A stretch of DNA of 61,930 nt, taken from positions 1-61,930 of IMG/VR virus record IMGVR_UViG_3300047476_000159, one strand, 5' to 3'. The notes beneath the pieces are model-generated. The model was not told the origin of the DNA, did no database searches, and was given only the letters and a program-made list of their open reading frames with translations. The first letter of the stretch is position 1. Every line of letters begins with the position of its first letter. The position numbers were made by a program, and so were the translations under genes. The stretch is from a virus (lineage: Duplodnaviria > Caudoviricetes). This document shows positions 49,133 through 57,713 of the stretch, piece by piece.

Positions 49133-50610
49133 ATTACATAGGTATTAGCGCAGGCTTTCATGATGCCGCCGTGAGTGTAGTCAATAATCAAGGTGATATA
49201 TTATTTGCTAGTCATAGCGAACGATATAGTAAGAATAAGCACGACAAGTATTTGTGCTTGGACATTATCAAAGATGCTATACATTATTGTGACGATGAAT
49301 GGGAAGTTCATTATTACGAAAAGCCATTGATGAAATATCTAAGACAATTGTGGGCAGGAGAAAAACCCTCATTGTCTAATCTTAGCGTAAAAGACATTAT
49401 CGGCATGCCTTATATAAAAGAGTTAGGTGTTAGTAAAGTACATACTCATAATCATCATTTAAGTCATGCCGCGGCAGGCTTTCAAACTAGCCCGTACAAT
49501 GATGCTACTGTAGTAGTCATTGATGCTATTGGTGAATTCGATACTATAACGATATGGCATGCTGAATACGACAAGTACGGTAAGGCACAGTATAAAAAGC
49601 TATGGAGTAAAAAATATCCAAATAGTATAGGACTGTTCTATTCGGCAATGACTAAACGAGTAGGATTAAGACCATTAGACGAAGAATATATTCTTATGGG
49701 TATGGCGGCATACGGTGAGCCCAAATACATCAAAGAAATGATGACATTAGTTTCAGATTCTGTTAATATAGAGTTTAATGAGAATCTACATATAGGTGTA
49801 GCAGATACATTCTTACCAAATGCTGATCCAATGGACATCGCAAGTAGCGCACAGCACTTAGTAGAATGGTTCATTAAAATGGTAATGGCTAAAGCAAGAG
49901 AAGTAGGTCACAGCAAAAACTTAGTTTACAGCGGTGGTGTTGCTTTGAATTGTTTAGCGAACAGACTATTAGGGAGTTACTTTGAAAATATTTGGATTAT
50001 GCCTAACCCGGGTGATGCGGGAAGTAGTCTGGGAGCGGCTGCTCTTGGGTACGGTAAAAAACTTAATTGGGTTGATAGTTACCTCGGTCATGATATTAGC
50101 GGGGATTACCCTACCAATCGTATTCTTGATTGCTTGCTTACCGATAAAATTGTTGGTGTGGCTAGTGGAAGAGCTGAGTTCGGACCCAGAGCTTTGGGCC
50201 AGCGCAGTTTATTGGCAGACCCACGAGGACAAGAAATAAAGGATAAAGTTAATGAAATTAAACGTAGACAAAAATTTAGACCATTCGCCCCGGTTATTCT
50301 GGAGGAGTTGGCTGATACTTACTTTGATATGCCTACTGGTTGGAATAACAGTAGGTATATGCAAGTCATCAGTCGCTGTAGGGTTCCTGACTTATTTCCT
50401 GCTATCGTTCATCACGACGGGACTAGTCGTGTCCAGACAGTACCGAAAGATGGATCTGGAATACGAAGCCTCCTTGAAAAATGGTATGTTTTAACTGGCT
50501 GTCCAATGCTATTGAACACTAGTTTAAACATTCGCGGAGAACCAATGGTTAACGATAGAAACGATGCTGACAGATTTGAAAATCTCTACGGCATCAAAGT
50601 TTTATCATAA
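49129..50610 (+). CDS. O-carbamoyltransferase, CmcH/NodU/TobZ family
   Basis: 'GFHDAA', 'SERYS', 'HHLSHAA', 'GGVALN', 'GDAG', 'EFGPRALG.RS', 'FRPFAP' and 'NTSLN'. Confidence 0.93.
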   Translation: MNYIGISAGFHDAAVSVVNNQGDILFASHSERYSKNKHDKYLCLDIIKDAIHYCDDEWEVHYYEKPLMKYLRQLWAGEKPSLSNLSVKDIIGMPYIKELGVSKVHTHNHHLSHAAAGFQTSPYNDATVVVIDAIGEFDTITIWHAEYDKYGKAQYKKLWSKKYPNSIGLFYSAMTKRVGLRPLDEEYILMGMAAYGEPKYIKEMMTLVSDSVNIEFNENLHIGVADTFLPNADPMDIASSAQHLVEWFIKMVMAKAREVGHSKNLVYSGGVALNCLANRLLGSYFENIWIMPNPGDAGSSLGAAALGYGKKLNWVDSYLGHDISGDYPTNRILDCLLTDKIVGVASGRAEFGPRALGQRSLLADPRGQEIKDKVNEIKRRQKFRPFAPVILEELADTYFDMPTGWNNSRYMQVISRCRVPDLFPAIVHHDGTSRVQTVPKDGSGIRSLLEKWYVLTGCPMLLNTSLNIRGEPMVNDRNDADRFENLYGIKVLS

Positions 50611-50618
50611 GTAATTTA

Positions 50619-53600
50619 ATGTTAAGAGATGTATTTTATTTCGGCGAGAAGCCGAACGTTCACCCCCGAGAAAAACACGCCACTAGTCTATCTGACGCAA
50701 GAAGTCAAGCGACAACAGAACACTTCTGGATCATAAACGAATTTAGTGACTATCGAAATTTCGAATGGGATTTTGATTTTGAGTTTTTACCAGACGAAGA
50801 TGTATGGGCAGAACAACACAACAATGTATGGCCAAGTCAACATCAAAAAGATAGTGGTACATGGCTGTGCCCCAAAGAGTACAGTAGCATAGTAATATAT
50901 CGAACTGATGTAACTCCGGTTAAAAGAAAAAACATCAAAACATCTAACTGGGTACAACTTGATACTATAGATGAATCTAAGTTCGACTATAGCTGGCATC
51001 CCGATCCAAGTGATCCTCCCTACATATACAAATGGGGATGTAAGTTTTACCCGGCGCAGATAAAACATGTACTAGAGTACCACGCAGAAGGAGCTACTAC
51101 TGTCAAGTACATGAACGAGACAGTTGAGTTACTATCTAATGAATACTGGTTAGAATACTATCCTGTTGACAAAGAACATTTCGATTACACATGGAGACCT
51201 GATCCATTAGATCCTCCCTACATATACGTATGGGGCAACAAACACGTAGATGGCAAAGTAGCTCCTACTATCGAGTATCACACACCGGGCGCAACAGAAA
51301 GAAAACATCTACCTGAGTTAGTACAGTTAGAATCTAACCCATCGAACTTTGTTCACAATGAAGATAGCTATGGTATAGATTACAGTTGGATACCCGATCC
51401 AACTAGCCCTCCTTATATCTATGTCTGGGGTAACCAATGGAACAAGCCAGAAGATAAAGTTAGCATACAATATATTGTCGAAGGCGCGACTGAATACAAG
51501 TACATGGAAGATCGTGCTATTCGTAAACCATGTTTAGATAATTGGTTAGTTCCTGACAATTTAGACACTAGTAAGTTTGATTTTAGTTGGGAGCCAAGTC
51601 CAGCAGAGCCGGCATTTATCTATGAATTCGGTACACAGCATCAGCAGACAGGTGGACCTAAGTACATCGTACCCGGAGCATCAAAAACTAAATTCATCGA
51701 AACACAAAAAGCAATAGCATTGCCTACGCAAACTAATTGGAAGTTGTTTGAAGATATTGATACTACTAAATTTGATTTTAGTTGGCATCCTGATGATACA
51801 GCGCCACCGTACATATATGTATGGGGTAACCAATGGAACAAGCCAGAAGATAAAACAAGTGTTCAATATATTGTTGAAGGTGCTACTGAATACAAGTACA
51901 TGGAAGCACGTGCCGTGCGTAAGCCTTGTATGGATAACTGGATTCTTTCAGACAACTTAGATATCAGTAAGTTTGATTTTAGTTGGGAACCAAGTCCAGC
52001 AGAGCCGGCATTTATCTATGAATTCGGCACTCAATGGCAAAAGACAGGTGGACCTGTATATGTAGTTCAAGGAGCATCCAAGAAGAAATATATTGACATT
52101 CAAACAGCAATAGTGTTGCCTGATTCTAGTAATTACAGTGTATCTGAATCTGTAAAGGTAGCAGAGTTTGATTTCAGTTGGCACCCTGATGCCACAGAAG
52201 AACCATACATATATGTGTTCGGTAATCAATGGTATAATGGTATAACTATGCCTACGGTAAAGTATACAGTACCTGGAGCAACACAAATTAAATTTGTTGA
52301 TACTGTAGTTGCCAAGTTAGCACCTGATATGACTAACTGGTCAGTGCCTGATAATCTAGATACTAGTAAGTTTGATTTTAGTTGGATACCGGATCCTAAC
52401 GACCCGTTATACATATATCAATTCGGCACTCAATGGCAAAAGACAGGCGGACCTAAGTACGTAGTGCCATATGCCACTGAGATAAAGTATGTTGATGTTC
52501 AACGTGCTAAGATACTACCTAATAAAACAAACTGGTCTACTCCTTATAATATTGACCTACAAGATTTTGATTATAGCTGGCATCCAGACGCAACAGAAGA
52601 ACCCTACATATATCAATTTGGCACTCAATGGCAGGATATAGGTGGACCGCGCTATACGGTACCGAACGCAACTGAAGTAAAATATATTCCTACTGATGTT
52701 ATTCATGCCAAGTCAGCACCATCTATTGATAAGTGGATAGTCCCTGATGATATAGACAGGTCATTTGACTTTAGTTGGCATCCACACCCAGAGGACCCAG
52801 ACTATATCTACCAATTCGGTACTCAATGGCAAAAGACAGGTGGACCTAAGTATATTAGTGATAAGAAATATATTGATTTGTTGCCTACTAAGTTTGTAGA
52901 TGGCTCTATACTACGAGCTAAAAGATTACAGTCAACGACTAACTGGGAGATACCTGATAACATTGATTCGTCATTATTTGACTTCAGTTGGCATCCGGAT
53001 GATACTGAGCCTCCCTACATTTATCAATTCGGTACTGTACTAGAAGAAATTCACTTGAAGGACGGTCCTAAGTATGTAACACCTGGAAACGACGGCGAGA
53101 TAATATATGCTGAAAATATCTTGTTAGAAGATGCCGTTGCCCTACCCACTGTAGTACCTAAATATTATATCAAGACTACACTTGAAGATTTGTTAGCTGA
53201 ACACAGTAAAGAAGTGTTCTGGGCATTGCGTGATAACATCGATTATTCAAATTTTGATTTTGACTGGGTGCCTACGAAAGAACAATCATATAACATAAAC
53301 GTCTTTGGTAGTGCTGAAAGTGAATTAACACAGACTTATTTCGTTGATGCCAATAATTATTTCAATGGCTACACTGATAGAACTTATCTAGAGGATAAGA
53401 AGATTGAAGAAATGAACCTATCTGAGATGTTTATTAAACCAGATATGTTTTTTGTTGATAGGTCTAACCCCGAATCACAACATAGATATGAACAATTGAA
53501 ACAACGTTTCCCGTCGTTACAAAAGACTAGGTTCTTGAATACATGGGTAGATACGATTACTAGATGTGCTAACCGTAGCTCTACTGAACTATGCTGGATA

Positions 53601-55187
53601 CTTAACAGTGAACTAGATTACACTGACTTTGACTTTAATTATTACCCTAATCCATGGCAGATGAAAATGGTTCATGTATTCGGTACTCAATGGAGTCATT
53701 GGGGCTCTACGTTTATTATCAACCGAGATACTTTTGCTAAAGACACGAAATACATCAAAATAGTTGAGCATCTTTCAAATCTGAACTTTGTCAAAGATAG
53801 CAAGAAAAAAGCGAAGGCAGTAAATTGTTTGTACGATGTGTTTGTTATCGATTTTGGTAACAAAGAAATGTTTAAGGTTCTAAGAACACTACAACATAAG
53901 GTAGGCAATAGACCACTAGTGGATGTTGAATACGCAGGCAACTACCTTGATACTTTTAAGGAAATACTGAAACAGTTACCTGAGAAGAAAGAACATTACA
54001 TATGGATTTGTTCGTCACTCTGTAATTATGATGCGTTTGACTTTGGATACATTTGTGATCCATTCACGTTAGATCAGTTACATGTATTCCCCAGTGACAA
54101 TCAGCAATACGGTGATACCTTCTTAGTTAACGTAAACAAATTGCGTGAACTAGTCGACGGTATGCAGACACTAGAAGATTATAGCTGGTTAAACAACAAG
54201 ATAAACTTCAACAAGCACATGCGTGTAGGTAGATATCCTGCTCCTGAAATAGTGTCACCCGGCGATACGCACACTTCAGGTATTGATATTGAGTTTGACT
54301 ATCCTTATGTGGTAATGACTACACAAGATAATATCAACATTGACAAGATAGATTACGAACCAATGAGCATGTGGACTGAAGAAAGCAAAAGCATCATTGT
54401 GACTAGTACAGGTGGAACACGCATCATTGTCCCCAAAGAAGCAAAAGATGTAGTTAAGAAAGAACTGTATGATTATCCCTACATAACCAAGAGTTCTAAA
54501 CTAAGCAAGTCCAAGCCACTAGACATAGTTTTCCTAAGCAACGGTGAAAAATGTGCTGACGAGAACTACGAACATTTGTTGAATGTGACTAGAGGACTGC
54601 CTAATCGTATCGTTAGAGTAGATGGTGTTAATGGGCGTGTACAAGCATATCATGCTGCCGCAGACGCAAGCAACACACCGTGGATGTTCACTGTATTTGC
54701 TAAGTTAAAAGTCAGTAACAAGTTTGATTGGAACTGGCAACCTGATCGATTACAAATCCCGAAACATTATGTATTCTACGCAAAGAATCCTGTGAATGAT
54801 TTAGTATATGGTCACCAGGCTATGATTGCGTATAACAAGAAACTAACACTTGCTAACACAGGTAAAGGTCTTGACTTTACGCAGGACGATGAACACGAAG
54901 TTTTGGAATTAAACTCCGGAACTGCTATGTTTAACACTGATGAATGGAGTACATGGCGTACTAGCTTCCGTGAAGCGTTAAAGTTACGACACGATACTAC
55001 TCAAATTAGTAAAGACAGACTAAACGCATGGTTAACAGTGGGTAACGGCGAGTTTGCCCAATATAGTTTAGATGGAGCCAAACATGCTGTAGAATACTAT
55101 GAATCAGTCAATGGTGACTTTGATAAGTTGAAGTTGAGTTATGACTGGCCATGGTTAAGAGCGTATTTTGATTCAAGATATAAATAA
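50619..55187 (+). CDS. 1522-aa tandem-repeat protein with C-terminal glycosyltransferase-like domains
   Basis: Eleven ~66-aa repeats FD(F/Y)SWxP...PYIYx(F/W)G. C-terminal 'FLSNGE...RVDGVNGRVQAYHAAA...TWRTSFREALK' is homologous to 29240-30193. Confidence 0.75.
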   Translation: MLRDVFYFGEKPNVHPREKHATSLSDARSQATTEHFWIINEFSDYRNFEWDFDFEFLPDEDVWAEQHNNVWPSQHQKDSGTWLCPKEYSSIVIYRTDVTPVKRKNIKTSNWVQLDTIDESKFDYSWHPDPSDPPYIYKWGCKFYPAQIKHVLEYHAEGATTVKYMNETVELLSNEYWLEYYPVDKEHFDYTWRPDPLDPPYIYVWGNKHVDGKVAPTIEYHTPGATERKHLPELVQLESNPSNFVHNEDSYGIDYSWIPDPTSPPYIYVWGNQWNKPEDKVSIQYIVEGATEYKYMEDRAIRKPCLDNWLVPDNLDTSKFDFSWEPSPAEPAFIYEFGTQHQQTGGPKYIVPGASKTKFIETQKAIALPTQTNWKLFEDIDTTKFDFSWHPDDTAPPYIYVWGNQWNKPEDKTSVQYIVEGATEYKYMEARAVRKPCMDNWILSDNLDISKFDFSWEPSPAEPAFIYEFGTQWQKTGGPVYVVQGASKKKYIDIQTAIVLPDSSNYSVSESVKVAEFDFSWHPDATEEPYIYVFGNQWYNGITMPTVKYTVPGATQIKFVDTVVAKLAPDMTNWSVPDNLDTSKFDFSWIPDPNDPLYIYQFGTQWQKTGGPKYVVPYATEIKYVDVQRAKILPNKTNWSTPYNIDLQDFDYSWHPDATEEPYIYQFGTQWQDIGGPRYTVPNATEVKYIPTDVIHAKSAPSIDKWIVPDDIDRSFDFSWHPHPEDPDYIYQFGTQWQKTGGPKYISDKKYIDLLPTKFVDGSILRAKRLQSTTNWEIPDNIDSSLFDFSWHPDDTEPPYIYQFGTVLEEIHLKDGPKYVTPGNDGEIIYAENILLEDAVALPTVVPKYYIKTTLEDLLAEHSKEVFWALRDNIDYSNFDFDWVPTKEQSYNINVFGSAESELTQTYFVDANNYFNGYTDRTYLEDKKIEEMNLSEMFIKPDMFFVDRSNPESQHRYEQLKQRFPSLQKTRFLNTWVDTITRCANRSSTELCWILNSELDYTDFDFNYYPNPWQMKMVHVFGTQWSHWGSTFIINRDTFAKDTKYIKIVEHLSNLNFVKDSKKKAKAVNCLYDVFVIDFGNKEMFKVLRTLQHKVGNRPLVDVEYAGNYLDTFKEILKQLPEKKEHYIWICSSLCNYDAFDFGYICDPFTLDQLHVFPSDNQQYGDTFLVNVNKLRELVDGMQTLEDYSWLNNKINFNKHMRVGRYPAPEIVSPGDTHTSGIDIEFDYPYVVMTTQDNINIDKIDYEPMSMWTEESKSIIVTSTGGTRIIVPKEAKDVVKKELYDYPYITKSSKLSKSKPLDIVFLSNGEKCADENYEHLLNVTRGLPNRIVRVDGVNGRVQAYHAAADASNTPWMFTVFAKLKVSNKFDWNWQPDRLQIPKHYVFYAKNPVNDLVYGHQAMIAYNKKLTLANTGKGLDFTQDDEHEVLELNSGTAMFNTDEWSTWRTSFREALKLRHDTTQISKDRLNAWLTVGNGEFAQYSLDGAKHAVEYYESVNGDFDKLKLSYDWPWLRAYFDSRYK
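50940..53110 (+). repeat. Eleven in-frame ~195-200-bp tandem repeats, including a recent 396-bp two-unit duplication
   Basis: Recurring DNA 'tttgattttagttgg' and 'ttcggcactcaatggcaaaagacagg'. 'taaccaatggaacaagccagaagataaa' occurs at 51431 and 51827 (offset 396). Confidence 0.9.
55179..55186 (+). promoter_or_regulatory. T4-consensus late promoter upstream of the small ORF and tmRNA
   Basis: TATAAATA. Confidence 0.65.
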
Positions 55188-55190
55188 GCT

Positions 55191-55286
55191 ATGAGCTATG
55201 TTTTTTGGATAAGCATCGGAGTAGTGTGTGCGATAGCAATCTATTGGTTGATGGATTGGCAATCACATCACGAGGACGGTGAATGA
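55191..55286 (+). CDS. 31-aa single-TM peptide (MSYVFWISIGVVCAIAIYWLMDWQSHHEDGE)
   Basis: ATG 4 nt after TATAAATA. A hydrophobic helix is followed by an acidic/His tail. Lies immediately before the tmRNA. Confidence 0.5.
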   Translation: MSYVFWISIGVVCAIAIYWLMDWQSHHEDGE

Positions 55287-55287
55287 T

Positions 55288-55650
55288 TATTGCTGTATGA
55301 AGCAAAGAGAAAAGTGTTCTGGACGCGGGTTCGACTCCCGCCTGGTCCACCAAAAGAATTCTGAGTGTACCGTATTCGGGGAAGACCGTGCGGTGAAGGT
55401 GTTAAGCAGTAACAAGTGAACCTGTAACACTAGAGCGACACCTGCTCCTTAGACAGAATTCTTCTGATGGGCCAGTCATGGTTTCGACAGGGCAAAGAGT
55501 AACAGAGTGGACAGCACGGTAATGTGAAAACCGTAGGATTGGGGGAACCCGGTCGAAGAAGCAAAAAAATTAAATGCAAATGACGAAAGTTACGCATTGG
55601 CTGCTTGATTAAAGCATCCTGGGGTAAGACAGACCTCGCAACAGAACCTC
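55288..55650 (+). ncRNA. ssrA: tmRNA, circularly permuted (two-piece) gene
   Basis: The acceptor piece comes first (T-arm GCGGG-TTCGACT-CCCGC, then CTGGTCC-A-CCA ending at 55352). A 116-nt spacer follows, then the coding piece starting GGGCCAG at 55469 with a G3-U70 pair. Tag GCA AAT GAC GAA AGT TAC GCA TTG GCT GCT TGA = ANDESYALAA* at 55576-55608. Outer ends are approximate. Confidence 0.93.
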
Positions 55651-55675
55651 AAAAAGGCACTTCGGTGCCTTTTTT
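55651..55675 (+). terminator. Intrinsic terminator after the tmRNA
   Basis: AAAAAGGCAC-TTCG-GTGCCTTTTTT. Confidence 0.92.
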
Positions 55676-55677
55676 CA

Positions 55678-55685
55678 TATAAATA
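55678..55685 (+). promoter_or_regulatory. T4-consensus late promoter
   Basis: TATAAATA immediately after the terminator, 5 nt before the ATG at 55691. Confidence 0.75.
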
Positions 55686-55690
55686 TTCTC

Positions 55691-56686
55691 ATGAGTGATT
55701 TCTTTTGTCCTGCGCCATGGCGCTCAATGTTTTATCATGTTAATAAAGCAGCCGTTTGTTGTATTAGTTCAAAACAGTTTGATATGTCACCTACTGAATT
55801 TTTGAATAGCGACTATTTACAAAATCTTAGACAGAAATTCCTAAATGGTGAATATGATGATACATGTTCGGGTTGTAAAAGATTAGAGAACGCTGGACTA
55901 CAAAGTATAAGAAAGCATATGGTAGCATTGTATGGAGACAGTGCTACTATAGAAAACGTAGAACCTGTATTAGATTACATGGAGTTACGAACAAGTAACC
56001 TTTGTAATTTTCAATGTAAGATGTGTAACGCACAAAATAGTTCGTTGATAGCAGGGTCAGTCTCTAACATAACTGAGGATAACTTTCAGGAAATTTTAAA
56101 GTTGTCTGAAAATTTAAAGCATTTGGTTCTCACTGGTGGAGAACCCATGCTCATAAAACATTACTATGAGTTGTTAGATCATTTAGTCACATTGGGAAGA
56201 AACGATTTAAACTTGCGTATATACACAAACGCTAGTGTGTATAACCCAGTATTTGTTGAAAAGATTTTAAAGTTCAATACATCATTACATCTTAGTATTG
56301 ATGCTGTGGGGCAGACAGCAGAGATACAACGAGAAGGAACTAACTGGCCAATTGTTAGCGAAAACATTAATAAGTTTTTAAAGTTACCAGTGAAGATTCA
56401 ATTCCATACTACACTGACTACTATCGCTTTGGCTGATATTCATTCATTAGTCAAATATTTCGTAGATATTGCTGCCGAGCATCAAACTTGTACGTTCAAC
56501 GTTCACACTGCTAACAAACCAGATCATATCTCGGTGTTCAACACTCCATTATCAGATATACCAAAAACAATAGAGAGTATTGACGAAGCACTATCGTTGT
56601 TACCCGAAACCAGATTCAAACAGTTGAAGAATCAATTGATTTCATGTAGAAACACTATTTCCAGAAAATTAGAATTAGTAAAATGA
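55691..56686 (+). CDS. Radical SAM protein with an N-terminal twitch/SPASM-like domain
   Basis: CPAPW...VCC...CSGC, then CNFQCKMC and GGEP. ATG 5 nt after TATAAATA. Confidence 0.9.
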   Translation: MSDFFCPAPWRSMFYHVNKAAVCCISSKQFDMSPTEFLNSDYLQNLRQKFLNGEYDDTCSGCKRLENAGLQSIRKHMVALYGDSATIENVEPVLDYMELRTSNLCNFQCKMCNAQNSSLIAGSVSNITEDNFQEILKLSENLKHLVLTGGEPMLIKHYYELLDHLVTLGRNDLNLRIYTNASVYNPVFVEKILKFNTSLHLSIDAVGQTAEIQREGTNWPIVSENINKFLKLPVKIQFHTTLTTIALADIHSLVKYFVDIAAEHQTCTFNVHTANKPDHISVFNTPLSDIPKTIESIDEALSLLPETRFKQLKNQLISCRNTISRKLELVK

Positions 56687-56765
56687 TTTCCTTTTTTATT
56701 GTATTAGTAGAAACTCTGATATATACTAGTTCATGATCCGTAAGGATCATTTTTAAAGGAAAAAT

Positions 56766-57647
56766 ATGAAAAAAATCGCAATCGCATCTCTGTTAGCATT
56801 GAGTGCTATTACCGCATCAGCACAGACTACTGTTTATGGCAATCTACGTGCCTTCGTTAGTAGCAAGGACACAGGTGGTACTACAGTAAATAGTATGGTT
56901 AGTGACCAAAGTCGTTTGGGTATCACTACTACAGAACAGTTGGGCGGTGGTCTATCTGCTCGTGCCACACTAGAAACTAGTATAGCTGTTACTGATCCTA
57001 AGGCAGGTGATGACACTAAGTTCGGTGATCGTCAAGCAACAGTAGGTCTTGCTACCTCATCTAGTTCTATTGATGTAGGACGTAAGTTCAATAGTCATTA
57101 TCTAGCATTGTCAGGTTCTGATTCATTTAGCGCATTATACGGTACCATTAATGGTGATATCCATAATTTGAGAACCATTCGTAGCGGTGACGCTGTGTTT
57201 GTCAGCACTAAACTAGGCCCAGTTTCTGTGTCAGCAGATCGCACATTGACCGCAGGTGTTACACCGGAAGCTACGTCTTATAGTTTGTCTACAGCATTGG
57301 GTCCAGTAACTGGTACAGTTGCTAGATTCACTCAAGGGGTTGAAACTAGTAATGTTGTAGCGTTGAGCACTAGTGTGTATGGTACACAATTTACCTATTC
57401 ACATAGCAACAATGACGGAGCAACTGGATCAACTAAAGGTAACTTAGTAGGTGCAAAGCGCCAATTAGCTAACACACCTATTACGTTGAAGGCTGGTTAT
57501 GGTACTAAGACCGGTGATGTTAAGGCATACAATATTGGTGCCGACTACGCATTGAGCCAACGTACTGGTATCAGTGTAGCATACAAAAACGTTGATGCCG
57601 CAACTGATGTTCGTCAAATTGGTATCGGTTTGACTCATAAATTCTAA
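56766..57647 (+). CDS. Gram-negative outer-membrane porin (general diffusion type)
   Basis: Signal peptide MKKIAIASLLALSAITASA, 'TVYG', 'SRLG...EQLGGGLSA...LE', 'DRQATVGL', 'DYALSQRT' and C-terminal 'GLTHKF' (terminal Phe beta-signal). AAAGGA RBS. Confidence 0.88.
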   Translation: MKKIAIASLLALSAITASAQTTVYGNLRAFVSSKDTGGTTVNSMVSDQSRLGITTTEQLGGGLSARATLETSIAVTDPKAGDDTKFGDRQATVGLATSSSSIDVGRKFNSHYLALSGSDSFSALYGTINGDIHNLRTIRSGDAVFVSTKLGPVSVSADRTLTAGVTPEATSYSLSTALGPVTGTVARFTQGVETSNVVALSTSVYGTQFTYSHSNNDGATGSTKGNLVGAKRQLANTPITLKAGYGTKTGDVKAYNIGADYALSQRTGISVAYKNVDAATDVRQIGIGLTHKF

Positions 57648-57662
57648 TTTTAGAAATTGGGT

Positions 57663-57691
57663 AAAAAGGCTCTTTACAGAGCCTTTTTTTT
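57663..57691 (+). terminator. Intrinsic terminator after the porin gene
   Basis: AAAAAGGCTCT-TTAC-AGAGCCTTTTTTTT. Confidence 0.9.
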
Positions 57692-57701
57692 CGACTATAC
57701 T
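57673..57701 (+). promoter_or_regulatory. sigma70-type promoter for the tRNA operon, overlapping the porin terminator
   Basis: TTTACA (57673-78), 17-nt spacer, TATACT (57696-701), 12 nt upstream of the tRNA. Confidence 0.7.
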
Positions 57702-57713
57702 ATGTGTTCTTAT

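Noticed and set aside
50940-53110. CRISPR array or DGR template/variable repeat
   Set aside because: The repeats are in-frame, ~200-bp protein-coding units without a repeat-spacer structure. Differences are not adenine-specific and no reverse transcriptase is present.
55322-55352. Stand-alone tRNA fragment or attachment site (T-arm plus CCA)
   Set aside because: It pairs with GGGCCAG at 55469 and is followed by a tag ORF, so it is the acceptor piece of a permuted tmRNA. No integrase is present in the window.
55361-55475. Hammerhead ribozyme in the tmRNA spacer (CTGA motifs)
   Set aside because: Neither CTGAGTG nor CTGATGG matches the CUGANGA core, and there is no suitably placed GAAA.
27059-56686. 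Bacterial chromosomal LPS or antibiotic cluster
   Set aside because: It is contiguous with phage baseplate and early genes and shares the late-promoter motif. It lacks transporters, regulators, resistance genes and a cyclitol synthase.
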